64,000 nucleotides of DNA from the IMG/VR virus record IMGVR_UViG_3300035703_000060, positions 10,524 to 74,523 of that record. One strand, given 5' to 3'. Position numbers and translations under genes: made by a program. Of this stretch, positions 40,272 through 48,401 are shown one piece after another. Below the pieces are notes generated by a model. It had not been told where the DNA came from, ran no database searches, and saw nothing but the letters and a program-made list of their open reading frames with translations. This DNA comes from a virus. Positions within the stretch are counted from its first letter, which is position 1. Each line of letters opens with the position of its first letter.

Positions 40272-41967
40272 GATTAAATATAAAAACTTTTTAAGTTCTG
40301 GTAATCAATTTACAGAAGTTGATTTTAGAAAAAGTAGTACAAATTTAATAATTGGTACAAATGGTGCAGGTAAATCCACAATGTTGGATGCACTTACTTT
40401 TGTTCTCTTTAATAAAAGTTTTAGGGGAATCACAAAACCTCAACTTGTCAATAGTACCAATGAAAAAGATTGTGTAGTTGAGATAGAATTTTCAGTTAAT
40501 AGTAAAAATTATCTTGTTCGACGAGGGATCAAACCTAATATCTTTGACATTGAAGTTAATGGAGTTGCTCTCCATAAAGAAGCAGATGATCGTGCTAATC
40601 AAAGAATATTAGAAGAAAATATTTTAAAGGTAAATTACAAATCTTTTACTCAAATTGTAATTTTGGGTAGTAGTAACTTTGTTCCTTTTATGCAACTTAC
40701 ATCTTCAAATCGTCGTGAGGTGATTGAAGATCTTTTAGACATTCGTATTTTTTCTGCTATGAATGCCTTAGTTAAAGATAAGATTAAAGAGCAAAAGGAA
40801 GAAATTAAATCTTTAAGTTTGAAAAAAGATAATCTTAAAGATAAAATTAAAATGCAAGAGAGTTTTATTGAAGAACTTGAAAATCGTGGTAATGCCAATA
40901 TAAATGCCAACAAAGAAAAGATTACCAAGTTAGATGAAGAAATTGGCGTTTATATGTCTGAGAACGCATCAACCGAAGAAGAAATTTCTAAGTTTATTAA
41001 AGAGCAAGAAGAAGTTATTGGTGCTGGAGATAAGTTAGTAAAGCTTAACAATCTAAAAGGTAAGATCTCTCAGAAAGTATTAACAGTTACTAAAGAACAT
41101 AAGTTTTTTAGTGAAAATACGGTATGCCCTACTTGTACTCAAACCATAGAAGAAGAATTTCGATTAAATAGAATTGCAGATGCTCAAAATAAAGCAAAGG
41201 AACTTAAAGATGGTTATGAAGAACTTGAACAAACAATAAAGTTCGAACAAGAGAGAGAGCGTCAATTCAATGCACTTTCTAAGGAGATTACAAAATTAAC
41301 GCATGGCATTTCTCAAAACAATACTCGGATTTCACTCAATCAAAGACAAATCCGAGATCTTGAATCTGAAATTCAAACAATTGCCGAGAACCTTGCAAAC
41401 CGAAATACTGAACATGAGAAACTAGAAGAATTTAAAGAAAATCTCCAAAATACAATTGAATATCTCTCAGATAAAAAACAACAAATCGTTCATTACGATT
41501 TTGCCTATTCCTTACTTAAGGATGATGGTGTAAAAACGAAGATCATTAAGAAGTATCTTCCGTTCATAAATCAGCAGGTGAATCGTTATCTTCAGATGAT
41601 GGATTTTTATATTAACTTCCATTTAGATGAAGAATTTAATGAAACAATTAAATCTCCAATTCATGAAAATTTTTCATATTCTTCTTTTTCAGAAGGTGAA
41701 AAAATGAGAGTAGATTTATCTCTACTTTTTACATGGAGAGAAGTTGCTAAACTTAAAAATTCAGTGAATACAAACCTGCTGATTATGGATGAGGTATTTG
41801 ATTCATCTTTGGATGGATTTGGAACAGATGAGTTTCTTAAGATTATTCGTTATGTAATTAAAGACGCAAATATTTTTGTTATTTCACATAAGACTGGTCT
41901 TGAGGACAAATTTGAAAGTGTGTTAAAATTTGATAAAGTTAAAGGATTTAGTAGGTTAGTTGTATGA
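40255..41967 (+). CDS. gp46: Recombination ATPase gp46 (Rad50/SbcC-like)
   Basis: 'GTNGAGKST', zinc hook 'CPTC', 'FSEGEK', 'IMDEVFDSSLD'. Confidence 0.97.
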   Translation: MLLFHKIKYKNFLSSGNQFTEVDFRKSSTNLIIGTNGAGKSTMLDALTFVLFNKSFRGITKPQLVNSTNEKDCVVEIEFSVNSKNYLVRRGIKPNIFDIEVNGVALHKEADDRANQRILEENILKVNYKSFTQIVILGSSNFVPFMQLTSSNRREVIEDLLDIRIFSAMNALVKDKIKEQKEEIKSLSLKKDNLKDKIKMQESFIEELENRGNANINANKEKITKLDEEIGVYMSENASTEEEISKFIKEQEEVIGAGDKLVKLNNLKGKISQKVLTVTKEHKFFSENTVCPTCTQTIEEEFRLNRIADAQNKAKELKDGYEELEQTIKFEQERERQFNALSKEITKLTHGISQNNTRISLNQRQIRDLESEIQTIAENLANRNTEHEKLEEFKENLQNTIEYLSDKKQQIVHYDFAYSLLKDDGVKTKIIKKYLPFINQQVNRYLQMMDFYINFHLDEEFNETIKSPIHENFSYSSFSEGEKMRVDLSLLFTWREVAKLKNSVNTNLLIMDEVFDSSLDGFGTDEFLKIIRYVIKDANIFVISHKTGLEDKFESVLKFDKVKGFSRLVV

Positions 41968-42752
41968 TTGGAATTATTGGAAATGGATTTGTAGGTAATG
42001 CAGTTTACCAAAATTTAAGAGACAAAGTATCTTGTAAAGTTTTTGATGTTGACAAGAATAAATCATTCAATACTCTGGATGAAGTATTAAAGCAATCATT
42101 TATTTTTGTTTGTTTGCCAACTCCAATGAAATCTACTGGTGAATGTGATCTTTCGATTTTGGATAATTTTTTTAAAAATCTTCCAGAAATAGTCGATGGT
42201 ATTTTTATTATTAAATCAACTGTTCCTATTGGAACAACTAAAAGATATGCTAAAAAGTATAAGGTGATTCATAATCCAGAATTTTTGACTGCTAGAAATG
42301 CTGTTGAAGACTTTAGAAATTCTGAAAGGAATGTTGTTGGTGGAAGTAAAAATCTGTGCCAACAGTTTGTTAATTTTTTTATAACTATTTTTCCAAATAT
42401 TCCAAGTGTAATTACTACATCTGATGAAAGTGAAGCAATTAAATATTTTGCAAATAGTTTTCTTGCTTGCAAAGTTGCATACTTTAATAAAATGTATGAT
42501 TTGTGTGAAGTAGTTGGTATGAACTATAATGTAGTTTGTGATGGTGTAACTTCTGATAGTCGAATCGGTAAATCTCATACACAAGTCCCTGGTATTGACA
42601 ATGACCGTGGATTTGGTGGCACTTGTTTTCCGAAAGATTTAAATTCTCTTATAAATCAGATGGAAGCGCACAGCATCGACGCTGATATGCTAAAATCTGT
42701 TTGGTCTTACAATCAACAAGTTCGCACGGTCATTGATTGGTCCGTAACCTAA
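41964..42752 (+). CDS. UDP-glucose/GDP-mannose dehydrogenase family protein, short form
   Basis: 'GNGFVG', 'IKSTVPIGTT', 'HNPEFL', catalytic 'GFGGTCFPKD'. Confidence 0.88.
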   Translation: MIGIIGNGFVGNAVYQNLRDKVSCKVFDVDKNKSFNTLDEVLKQSFIFVCLPTPMKSTGECDLSILDNFFKNLPEIVDGIFIIKSTVPIGTTKRYAKKYKVIHNPEFLTARNAVEDFRNSERNVVGGSKNLCQQFVNFFITIFPNIPSVITTSDESEAIKYFANSFLACKVAYFNKMYDLCEVVGMNYNVVCDGVTSDSRIGKSHTQVPGIDNDRGFGGTCFPKDLNSLINQMEAHSIDADMLKSVWSYNQQVRTVIDWSVT

Positions 42753-42753
42753 A

Positions 42754-42891
42754 ATGAACACTCCAAACTGGCAACACCACTCTAAGAAGGAGCAGAAGCG
42801 GAAACTGAAACCGCAAGCACTCCGACAAGCAAAGGCACGACGCCAAGCACTCAAGAAGCGTCTCCAACAAGGGGGCGTTTCTTTTTTATAA
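42754..42891 (+). CDS. 45-aa basic hypothetical protein (not in ORF track)
   Basis: MNTPNWQHHSKKEQKRKLKPQALRQAKARRQALKKRLQQGGVSFL; starts 1 nt after the upstream stop. Confidence 0.65.
   Translation: MNTPNWQHHSKKEQKRKLKPQALRQAKARRQALKKRLQQGGVSFL
42853..42887 (+). terminator. Rho-independent terminator
   Basis: AAGAAGCGTCTCC-AACAA-GGGGGCGTTTCTT followed by a T-run. Confidence 0.7.
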
Positions 42892-42894
42892 ATA
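42887..42894 (+). promoter_or_regulatory. Late promoter TATAAATA
   Basis: Exact consensus 20 nt upstream of the 42915 ATG. Confidence 0.8.
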
Positions 42895-42914
42895 TCTAAA
42901 AAGTCTTTATAAAA

Positions 42915-43652
42915 ATGAGAGATAAAGAATTTATAGATTTAAGTAATGCTTATAATCAAATTTGTGAGCAAAGTTATGGGATTGATGCTTCAAAGCATGG
43001 TGGTCCAGATAAACTCTTACAAAAAATGGTTGATGAAAAGAAGAGAAGAGGTGATAAAGATGGTGGGGGAGAAGTAGTTCAAAGTGGACTTCAAAAAGCA
43101 AACTATGAACCAGAAGGTGAATTGGTACTAGAAAAGGACGAAACCGAAGAAGGTATTACTGGACTTCCAATTCCAAAAAAGAGAATGAGTTCTGCAAAAA
43201 GACATGAATTTGAAAAGAAAAGAAGAGCAGAAAGAAAAAAGCGTGGAGATGATAGAGTTGGAGATACTTTCTCTCAACATAGAATGACTGGTAGTAGAGG
43301 GCGTGGATCTGAATATCAAAATATTCGCACAGTTCGTGAAGAAGTTCTTGTCGATTATCTTCTTGGAGAGGGTTTTGCTTCTGATGAAAAGTCAGCACAA
43401 GCAATCGCTGGTGTAATGAGTGAAGAGTGGAAAGATAATATTCTTGGAGAGGAAAAAAAAGAATTTCCAAGTGATAAAGTAAGGAAACAATCTGCTAAAC
43501 ATGAAAAAAATTATCTTACCAGACCAAATTCTTATTCTGGGCAAGCATCTAAATCAAAATCTAGAAAAATGAAAGCAATTGCTTCTACTGTGGAAGTTGG
43601 TGATGACCCAAGAAATACCATGCATGGGCAGGATTTAAGAAAAATTAAATAG
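42915..43652 (+). CDS. Late modular hypothetical protein (YEPEGE and MSEEW modules)
   Basis: Own late promoter and terminator; shares modules with the 21084 and 46128 ORFs. Confidence 0.75.
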   Translation: MRDKEFIDLSNAYNQICEQSYGIDASKHGGPDKLLQKMVDEKKRRGDKDGGGEVVQSGLQKANYEPEGELVLEKDETEEGITGLPIPKKRMSSAKRHEFEKKRRAERKKRGDDRVGDTFSQHRMTGSRGRGSEYQNIRTVREEVLVDYLLGEGFASDEKSAQAIAGVMSEEWKDNILGEEKKEFPSDKVRKQSAKHEKNYLTRPNSYSGQASKSKSRKMKAIASTVEVGDDPRNTMHGQDLRKIK

Positions 43653-43655
43653 AGA

Positions 43656-43710
43656 CCACTTCCCAAACTGGCACACTAGAGGGTTTCATCGCCCTCTTTT
43701 TTTGTATGAT
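43656..43710 (+). promoter_or_regulatory. Palindromic element CCACTT-N4-AACTGG, hairpin, and -10 TATGAT
   Basis: Same architecture as 47110-47166. Confidence 0.6.
43678..43703 (+). terminator. Rho-independent terminator
   Basis: AGAGGG-N8-CCCTCT followed by a T-run. Confidence 0.7.
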
Positions 43711-43731
43711 ACGCTCATACGCAACAAATCC

Positions 43732-45879
43732 ATGACGGTTCGCCACGAAATCAAATCTCAACTCGCCAAGCTGCTTGCCACGGAAGATCTGGTGGTTGAG
43801 CACAAGAAGGTAGAGACTGCCCAGTTCAACGTTCATACCCGTGTGCTGACCCTGCCTATGTGGGAGAAGGCAAGCAACACTGTGTATGACCTGCTGGTGG
43901 GGCACGAAGTCGGACACGCTCTTTACACCCCAGATGAGGATTGGACAGTAAACGTAAAGGTTCCTCCACAGTTTGTCAATATTGTGGAAGATGCTCGTAT
44001 TGAAAAAATGATGAAGCGTCGTTATCCTGGTCTTGCAAAGACTTTCTTCAATGGATATAAAGAACTCACTGATGATGATTTCTTTCAAATCAAAGACGAC
44101 AATTTGGAAACTTATAACCTTGCTGACCGTGCAAACCTGTGGTTCAAGATTGGTAACTATGTTGATGTACCGATTGAACGTGGTGAAGAGACTGAAATTA
44201 TCAATCTAATTGCTGATAGTGAAACTTTTGCAGATGTTTTGATTGCTGCAGAAGAACTCTATAAGTATTGTAAACAATCCCAGAAAGAGGAAACTAATAT
44301 TCAAATTGATAGTTTGGAATCTCAATCATCTGGGGCAAGTCAGCAACCCTCTTCTGATTTTACTGATCAGCAAGAAGGTGACAATGATCAAGAAAAAACA
44401 GACACTTCTAAACTTCCTAACACTAGCGAAACTGAACAGGAAAAGCAACCTAATAATTCACCTCAAGGTGGTCAAGAGTCTGAACCAGAAGTTAAGACGA
44501 TGGAGTCTCTTGAAGAGGCACTAAAAGATCTTGTTAATGATGATGGATATGAGAATGTCTATCTGGAATTGCCTCAACTAAATCTAGATGATGTGATTGT
44601 TCCCAATTCTGAGATTCACAACAAGTGTAAAGAATATTGGGATGCTTTTATTGGAGATCGTGACTGGAAATATACTGATGTATTTGGTAAAGTTGATAAA
44701 GAATATCTAGAGTTTAAGCGTTCTGCCCAGAAAGAAGTCAACTATCTGGTCAAAGAGTTTGAATGTCGTAAGGCAGCAGATTCTTATGCTCGCGCTTCAA
44801 CTGCACGTACTGGTGTTCTAGACTGCTCTAAACTTCACACATACAAATATAATGAAGATATTTTCCGCAAGGTAACAACTCTTGCTGATGGTAAGAATCA
44901 CGGTTTAGTCTTTGTTCTTGACTGGTCTGGTTCTATGTGTGATGTTATGTTGGATACTGTTAAACAACTATACAATCTAATTTGGTTCTGTAAAAAAGTT
45001 GCAATTCCTTTTGAGGTTTATGCTTTTACAACCGATTATCCTCTTGTCAAGTATGATGAAGCAGGTAAGGCAAATCTTCGTCAACTTTCCTACAAGAAAA
45101 AAGATGGTCTTATTCAGGTTGGTGAATGGTTTTCAATGATGAATCTTCTTACCAGTAAAGTAAACTCTAAAACTCTTGAAGAGCAAATGAAGAACATCTT
45201 CCGTCTTGCCACTTCTTTCCGTTACAATTCATATACTCAATATAATGCTCCTGTTGGAATGAGTCTCTCGGGTACTCCTTTAAATGAGGCATTGATCTCA
45301 CTTCATCAAATTCTTCCCAAGTTTCAACGTGAAAATAAACTTCAAAAAGTCCAGTGTGTTGTTCTAACTGATGGTGAGGCTTGTATGCTTAAATATCACC
45401 GCGAAGTTCAACGTCGTTGGGAAGAAGATCCTTACATGGGCACTGCTCATATTGGACCTAATGCTTTTCTTCGTGATCGTAAAACTGGCAATACTTATTC
45501 TTGTAATTCTGAGTGGCATGAGTTTACTGATATTCTTCTTCGAAATTTGCGGGATAGGTTTGTCGATATGAACTTTATTGGTATTCGTGTTTTGGAAGGT
45601 CGTGATGCTGGTAGTTTTATTCGTCGCTATTGTGGGTTTTATGGTGATGAGTATGATAAGGTAATGAATTCTTGGAAAAAAGAAAAGGCATTTACAATTA
45701 AGAAATCTGGATATCATTCTTACTTTGGTATTTCTGCTAATGCTCTTGCTCAGGATTCTGAGTTCTCTGTTTCTGAAGATGCTACCAAGTCTCAAATCAA
45801 ATCTGCTTTTGCTAAAAGTTTGAAATCCAAAAAAATGAACAAGCGTATTCTTGGTGAGTTTGTGGAACTTGTTGCTTGA
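43732..45879 (+). CDS. CobT-like protein: N-terminal HEXXH metallopeptidase-like domain, acidic linker, C-terminal VWA domain
   Basis: 'GHEVGHAL', 'NIVEDARIEK', MIDAS 'LDWSGSM', 'GTPLNE', 'LTDGE'. Probable start is the ATG at 43732, after the -10 box. Confidence 0.85.
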   Translation: MTVRHEIKSQLAKLLATEDLVVEHKKVETAQFNVHTRVLTLPMWEKASNTVYDLLVGHEVGHALYTPDEDWTVNVKVPPQFVNIVEDARIEKMMKRRYPGLAKTFFNGYKELTDDDFFQIKDDNLETYNLADRANLWFKIGNYVDVPIERGEETEIINLIADSETFADVLIAAEELYKYCKQSQKEETNIQIDSLESQSSGASQQPSSDFTDQQEGDNDQEKTDTSKLPNTSETEQEKQPNNSPQGGQESEPEVKTMESLEEALKDLVNDDGYENVYLELPQLNLDDVIVPNSEIHNKCKEYWDAFIGDRDWKYTDVFGKVDKEYLEFKRSAQKEVNYLVKEFECRKAADSYARASTARTGVLDCSKLHTYKYNEDIFRKVTTLADGKNHGLVFVLDWSGSMCDVMLDTVKQLYNLIWFCKKVAIPFEVYAFTTDYPLVKYDEAGKANLRQLSYKKKDGLIQVGEWFSMMNLLTSKVNSKTLEEQMKNIFRLATSFRYNSYTQYNAPVGMSLSGTPLNEALISLHQILPKFQRENKLQKVQCVVLTDGEACMLKYHREVQRRWEEDPYMGTAHIGPNAFLRDRKTGNTYSCNSEWHEFTDILLRNLRDRFVDMNFIGIRVLEGRDAGSFIRRYCGFYGDEYDKVMNSWKKEKAFTIKKSGYHSYFGISANALAQDSEFSVSEDATKSQIKSAFAKSLKSKKMNKRILGEFVELVA

Positions 45880-45885
45880 TAAATA
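45878..45885 (+). promoter_or_regulatory. Late promoter variant GATAAATA
   Basis: 7/8 match to consensus upstream of the 45910 ORF. Confidence 0.55.
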
Positions 45886-45909
45886 TTTCTATAAGACTTT
45901 TTAAAGACA

Positions 45910-46095
45910 ATGGGCAGATTCACAGATCTTTTTTCTCAAACTGAACAATCAGTTGTAGTTGAACAAATTCACGTTGTTGAAGAAGTGCATGAAGAACCCC
46001 AAGTTCCTTCTGCACAAGAGACTGTAGTTAATGCTGAACTACCAAAAACAAATTTAAAGGAAGTGTCAACTACTTTTAAAAAGAGTAGAAAATAA
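45910..46095 (+). CDS. 61-aa hypothetical protein
   Basis: Fills the intergenic gap after a late-like promoter; 'MGRFTDLF', Val/Glu-rich, basic tail. Confidence 0.6.
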   Translation: MGRFTDLFSQTEQSVVVEQIHVVEEVHEEPQVPSAQETVVNAELPKTNLKEVSTTFKKSRK

Positions 46096-46101
46096 TAAAT
46101 A
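46094..46101 (+). promoter_or_regulatory. Late promoter variant AATAAATA
   Basis: 7/8 match to consensus upstream of the 46128 ORF. Confidence 0.55.
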
Positions 46102-46127
46102 AAGGTATAGAAAAATACTTAAAAAAA

Positions 46128-47108
46128 ATGAATTCACAACAAGTAGCGGATTTAAAACTCCTTTATGAGGCAGTTTATGATGAAAATTTAAGAGAAAAGG
46201 CAGAAGAGTATAATAGTGCTGTATGTGATGAAGACATTATTGAAGTTGCAACTGAATATTTTTATACTTATGGATTGAATGAAGATGGCATTGACATCTT
46301 AATTGAAAAAGTTGGTCTTGATAATTTTGTTGAGTTTGTTTATGATCTCTCTGAAGATCTTGTAGTTCTTACTGAAGCAAGAGCGGCAAAGAAAAGAACT
46401 GGTGGTAAGTCTTATGAAGAAGTGAAAGCAGAAATTGATGCAAGAGAGGCTAAAAAAGCGGCAAAGAAAAAAGCAACAAAATCTGCTGAAGAGAGAAAAG
46501 AAACTGAAAAGAAAGAACCAGAATCTAAAGGTCCAGATACTGAAGCAAAAGCAGAACAACCTAAATCAAAGAAACCAATTAGAGATGCTATTGCAAGACA
46601 AATTCTTGCTGGTATGAAGCGTCACCGTGAAGCAACTCAGACTGCTGGGAATCTTGCTAGAGAAACTGGAAAGACTTTAGGTAAACTTGCTTCAGTAACT
46701 CATGAAGCAGGTCGCCGTGCAGGTGAGCATGTTAAAAAGCATGGATTAAAGTCTCTTGCAAATGAAGAGTTTGATAATTTTGATATTATTTTTGAATACT
46801 TAGTTGCTGAAGGATATGCTGATACAAATGAAGCAGCACTCGCTATTATGGCAAATATGAGTGAAGAGTGGAGACAAAGTATTGTCGAGGGTTCTACTGG
46901 TTTTTCTGTTCCAAGTAGAATTGATGATTTTAATAACAGAAGAGATGAGTTAAAAAATCGCTACAAGCAAGATGTTGGTCCAAGAATTCCTGGACCTTCT
47001 GGTGGTGGTCAATATGGAGAACCACCAGCACCTAAAGCGATGGGTTTGAGACTTGCTAGAGGATCCTCTAGTTCAAAAAGAGGCGTAGAATCAAAGAACA
47101 ACGCTTGA
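46128..47108 (+). CDS. Late modular hypothetical protein with alternating acidic and basic segments and an MSEEW module
   Basis: 'EYLVAEGYADTNEAALAIMANMSEEW' is homologous to a module of the 42915 ORF. Confidence 0.75.
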   Translation: MNSQQVADLKLLYEAVYDENLREKAEEYNSAVCDEDIIEVATEYFYTYGLNEDGIDILIEKVGLDNFVEFVYDLSEDLVVLTEARAAKKRTGGKSYEEVKAEIDAREAKKAAKKKATKSAEERKETEKKEPESKGPDTEAKAEQPKSKKPIRDAIARQILAGMKRHREATQTAGNLARETGKTLGKLASVTHEAGRRAGEHVKKHGLKSLANEEFDNFDIIFEYLVAEGYADTNEAALAIMANMSEEWRQSIVEGSTGFSVPSRIDDFNNRRDELKNRYKQDVGPRIPGPSGGGQYGEPPAPKAMGLRLARGSSSSKRGVESKNNA

Positions 47109-47109
47109 A

Positions 47110-47166
47110 GACAATTTCCAAACTGTCCACTCAGGTGCCCACAAGGCACCTTTTTTCTTGTATAAT
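47110..47166 (+). promoter_or_regulatory. Palindromic element GACAATT-N4-AACTGTC, hairpin, and -10 TATAAT
   Basis: Same architecture and spacing (within 1 nt) as 43656-43710. Confidence 0.65.
47133..47156 (+). terminator. Rho-independent terminator
   Basis: AGGTGCC-CACAA-GGCACCT followed by a T-run. Confidence 0.75.
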
Positions 47167-47200
47167 ATGAGAGTTCAAATGAAACACACCTAATTACATC

Positions 47201-48340
47201 ATGTCTCGCAAACCTTCAGTGAACGACGAACAACTCATTTCCGAACTTAAGTCTCTGTATGGTACAGAGTTTTCTGCTGGTGATGTTCGCGGTTATTGTG
47301 CATCCAAAGGTATTTCTTATCCTACCGTGACTCGTTATCTTGAACCTTTTAAAACAGATCGTGGTCGGTGGAATCTGGAAGTGACTCAACAACGTGTTGA
47401 TGAGATTGAGCGTACTTTCCAAGCACCTGCTGTGATTCCTCCCACTGAACAAAATCTCATCCCCGACAAAGATGATACCTTCGTCAAGTTTGGTAACTTT
47501 GGTGATATTAAAAAAATTATTCAGTCCCGTATCTTTTACCCTGCGTTCATTACGGGTCTTTCGGGTAATGGTAAAACGTTCAGTGTTGAGCAAGCGTGTG
47601 CTCAACTCAAGCGTGAATTGATTCGTGTAAACATCACGATTGAAACTGATGAAGATGACCTTATTGGCGGTTTCCGTCTTGTTGATGGTGCCACTGTTTG
47701 GCACAACGGTCCTGTTATTGAAGCACTCCAACGTGGAGCGATCCTGCTCCTTGACGAGATTGACCTTGCCTCCAACAAAATCCTTTGTCTACAATCCGTG
47801 CTAGAAGGTAAGGGAGTCTTTCTGAAAAAGATTGGTACTTTTGTAAAACCTGCCCCTGGTTTCAATGTCATCGCCACCGCCAACACTAAGGGTAAGGGTT
47901 CTGATGACGGCCGCTTTATCGGCACTAACGTGCTCAATGAAGCGTTTCTGGAGCGTTTTCCTGTGACCTTTGAGCAGTCCTATCCTGCCCCTGCTACGGA
48001 GCAGAAGATCCTGGAAGGCATTGCTCTGGACCTTGGCGTGGAAGACCGCGACTTCTGTAAGCGTCTTTGCGATTGGTCGGACGTGATCCGTAAAACCTTC
48101 TACGATGGTGGTATTGAGGAAATCATTAGCACCCGTCGCTTGGTTCATATCATTCGTGCCTATGCTATCTTTAAAGACAAAGCAAAGGCAATTCAAGTTT
48201 GTGTAAATCGCTTTGACGATGAAACTAAACAGGCATTCTTGGAACTCTATGATAAAATTGATGTGGACTTTCAACTTCCCAAAGAAGAAAAACCTGAACT
48301 TGAATTGACCATTGGGGGAGGTCACGAAGTTTCTTTCTAA
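47201..48340 (+). CDS. cobS: CobS/MoxR-like AAA+ ATPase
   Basis: 'GLSGNGKT', 'LLLDEID', 'ATANTKGKG', 'NEAFLERF', 'ISTRRL'. Confidence 0.9.
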   Translation: MSRKPSVNDEQLISELKSLYGTEFSAGDVRGYCASKGISYPTVTRYLEPFKTDRGRWNLEVTQQRVDEIERTFQAPAVIPPTEQNLIPDKDDTFVKFGNFGDIKKIIQSRIFYPAFITGLSGNGKTFSVEQACAQLKRELIRVNITIETDEDDLIGGFRLVDGATVWHNGPVIEALQRGAILLLDEIDLASNKILCLQSVLEGKGVFLKKIGTFVKPAPGFNVIATANTKGKGSDDGRFIGTNVLNEAFLERFPVTFEQSYPAPATEQKILEGIALDLGVEDRDFCKRLCDWSDVIRKTFYDGGIEEIISTRRLVHIIRAYAIFKDKAKAIQVCVNRFDDETKQAFLELYDKIDVDFQLPKEEKPELELTIGGGHEVSF

Positions 48341-48352
48341 TAAAACTTCTTT

Positions 48353-48396
48353 ACTGAAAAGTGTTATTCGTATAAATAATAATAGCACTTTTCAGT
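48353..48396 (+). promoter_or_regulatory. 16-bp hairpin with late promoter TATAAATA (48371-48378) in the loop
   Basis: ACTGAAAAGTGTTATT / AATAGCACTTTTCAGT (one G-U pair), ending 5 nt before the HNH ATG. Confidence 0.8.
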
Positions 48397-48401
48397 TTAT
48401 T

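Noticed and set aside
42759-42777. Third copy of the palindromic promoter element (ACTCCAAACTGGCAACAC)
   Set aside because: Only the right arm matches, it lies in a coding frame (TPNWQH), and no -10 box follows at about 40 nt.
47201-48340. Cobalamin-biosynthesis auxiliary metabolic gene
   Set aside because: No cobN or other cob genes are in the window; a generic MoxR/VWA function is more parsimonious.
47216-48388. Long minus-strand ORFs (171, 111 and 195 aa) opposite cobS, and other minus-strand or alternate-frame ORFs across the window
   Set aside because: They lie within well-supported + strand genes, have no recognisable motifs or RBS, and are typical shadow ORFs from codon bias.
48312-48401. 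N-terminal extension of the HNH ORF from TTG 48312
   Set aside because: It overlaps cobS and runs through the hairpin and late promoter; ATG 48402 fits the regulatory layout better.
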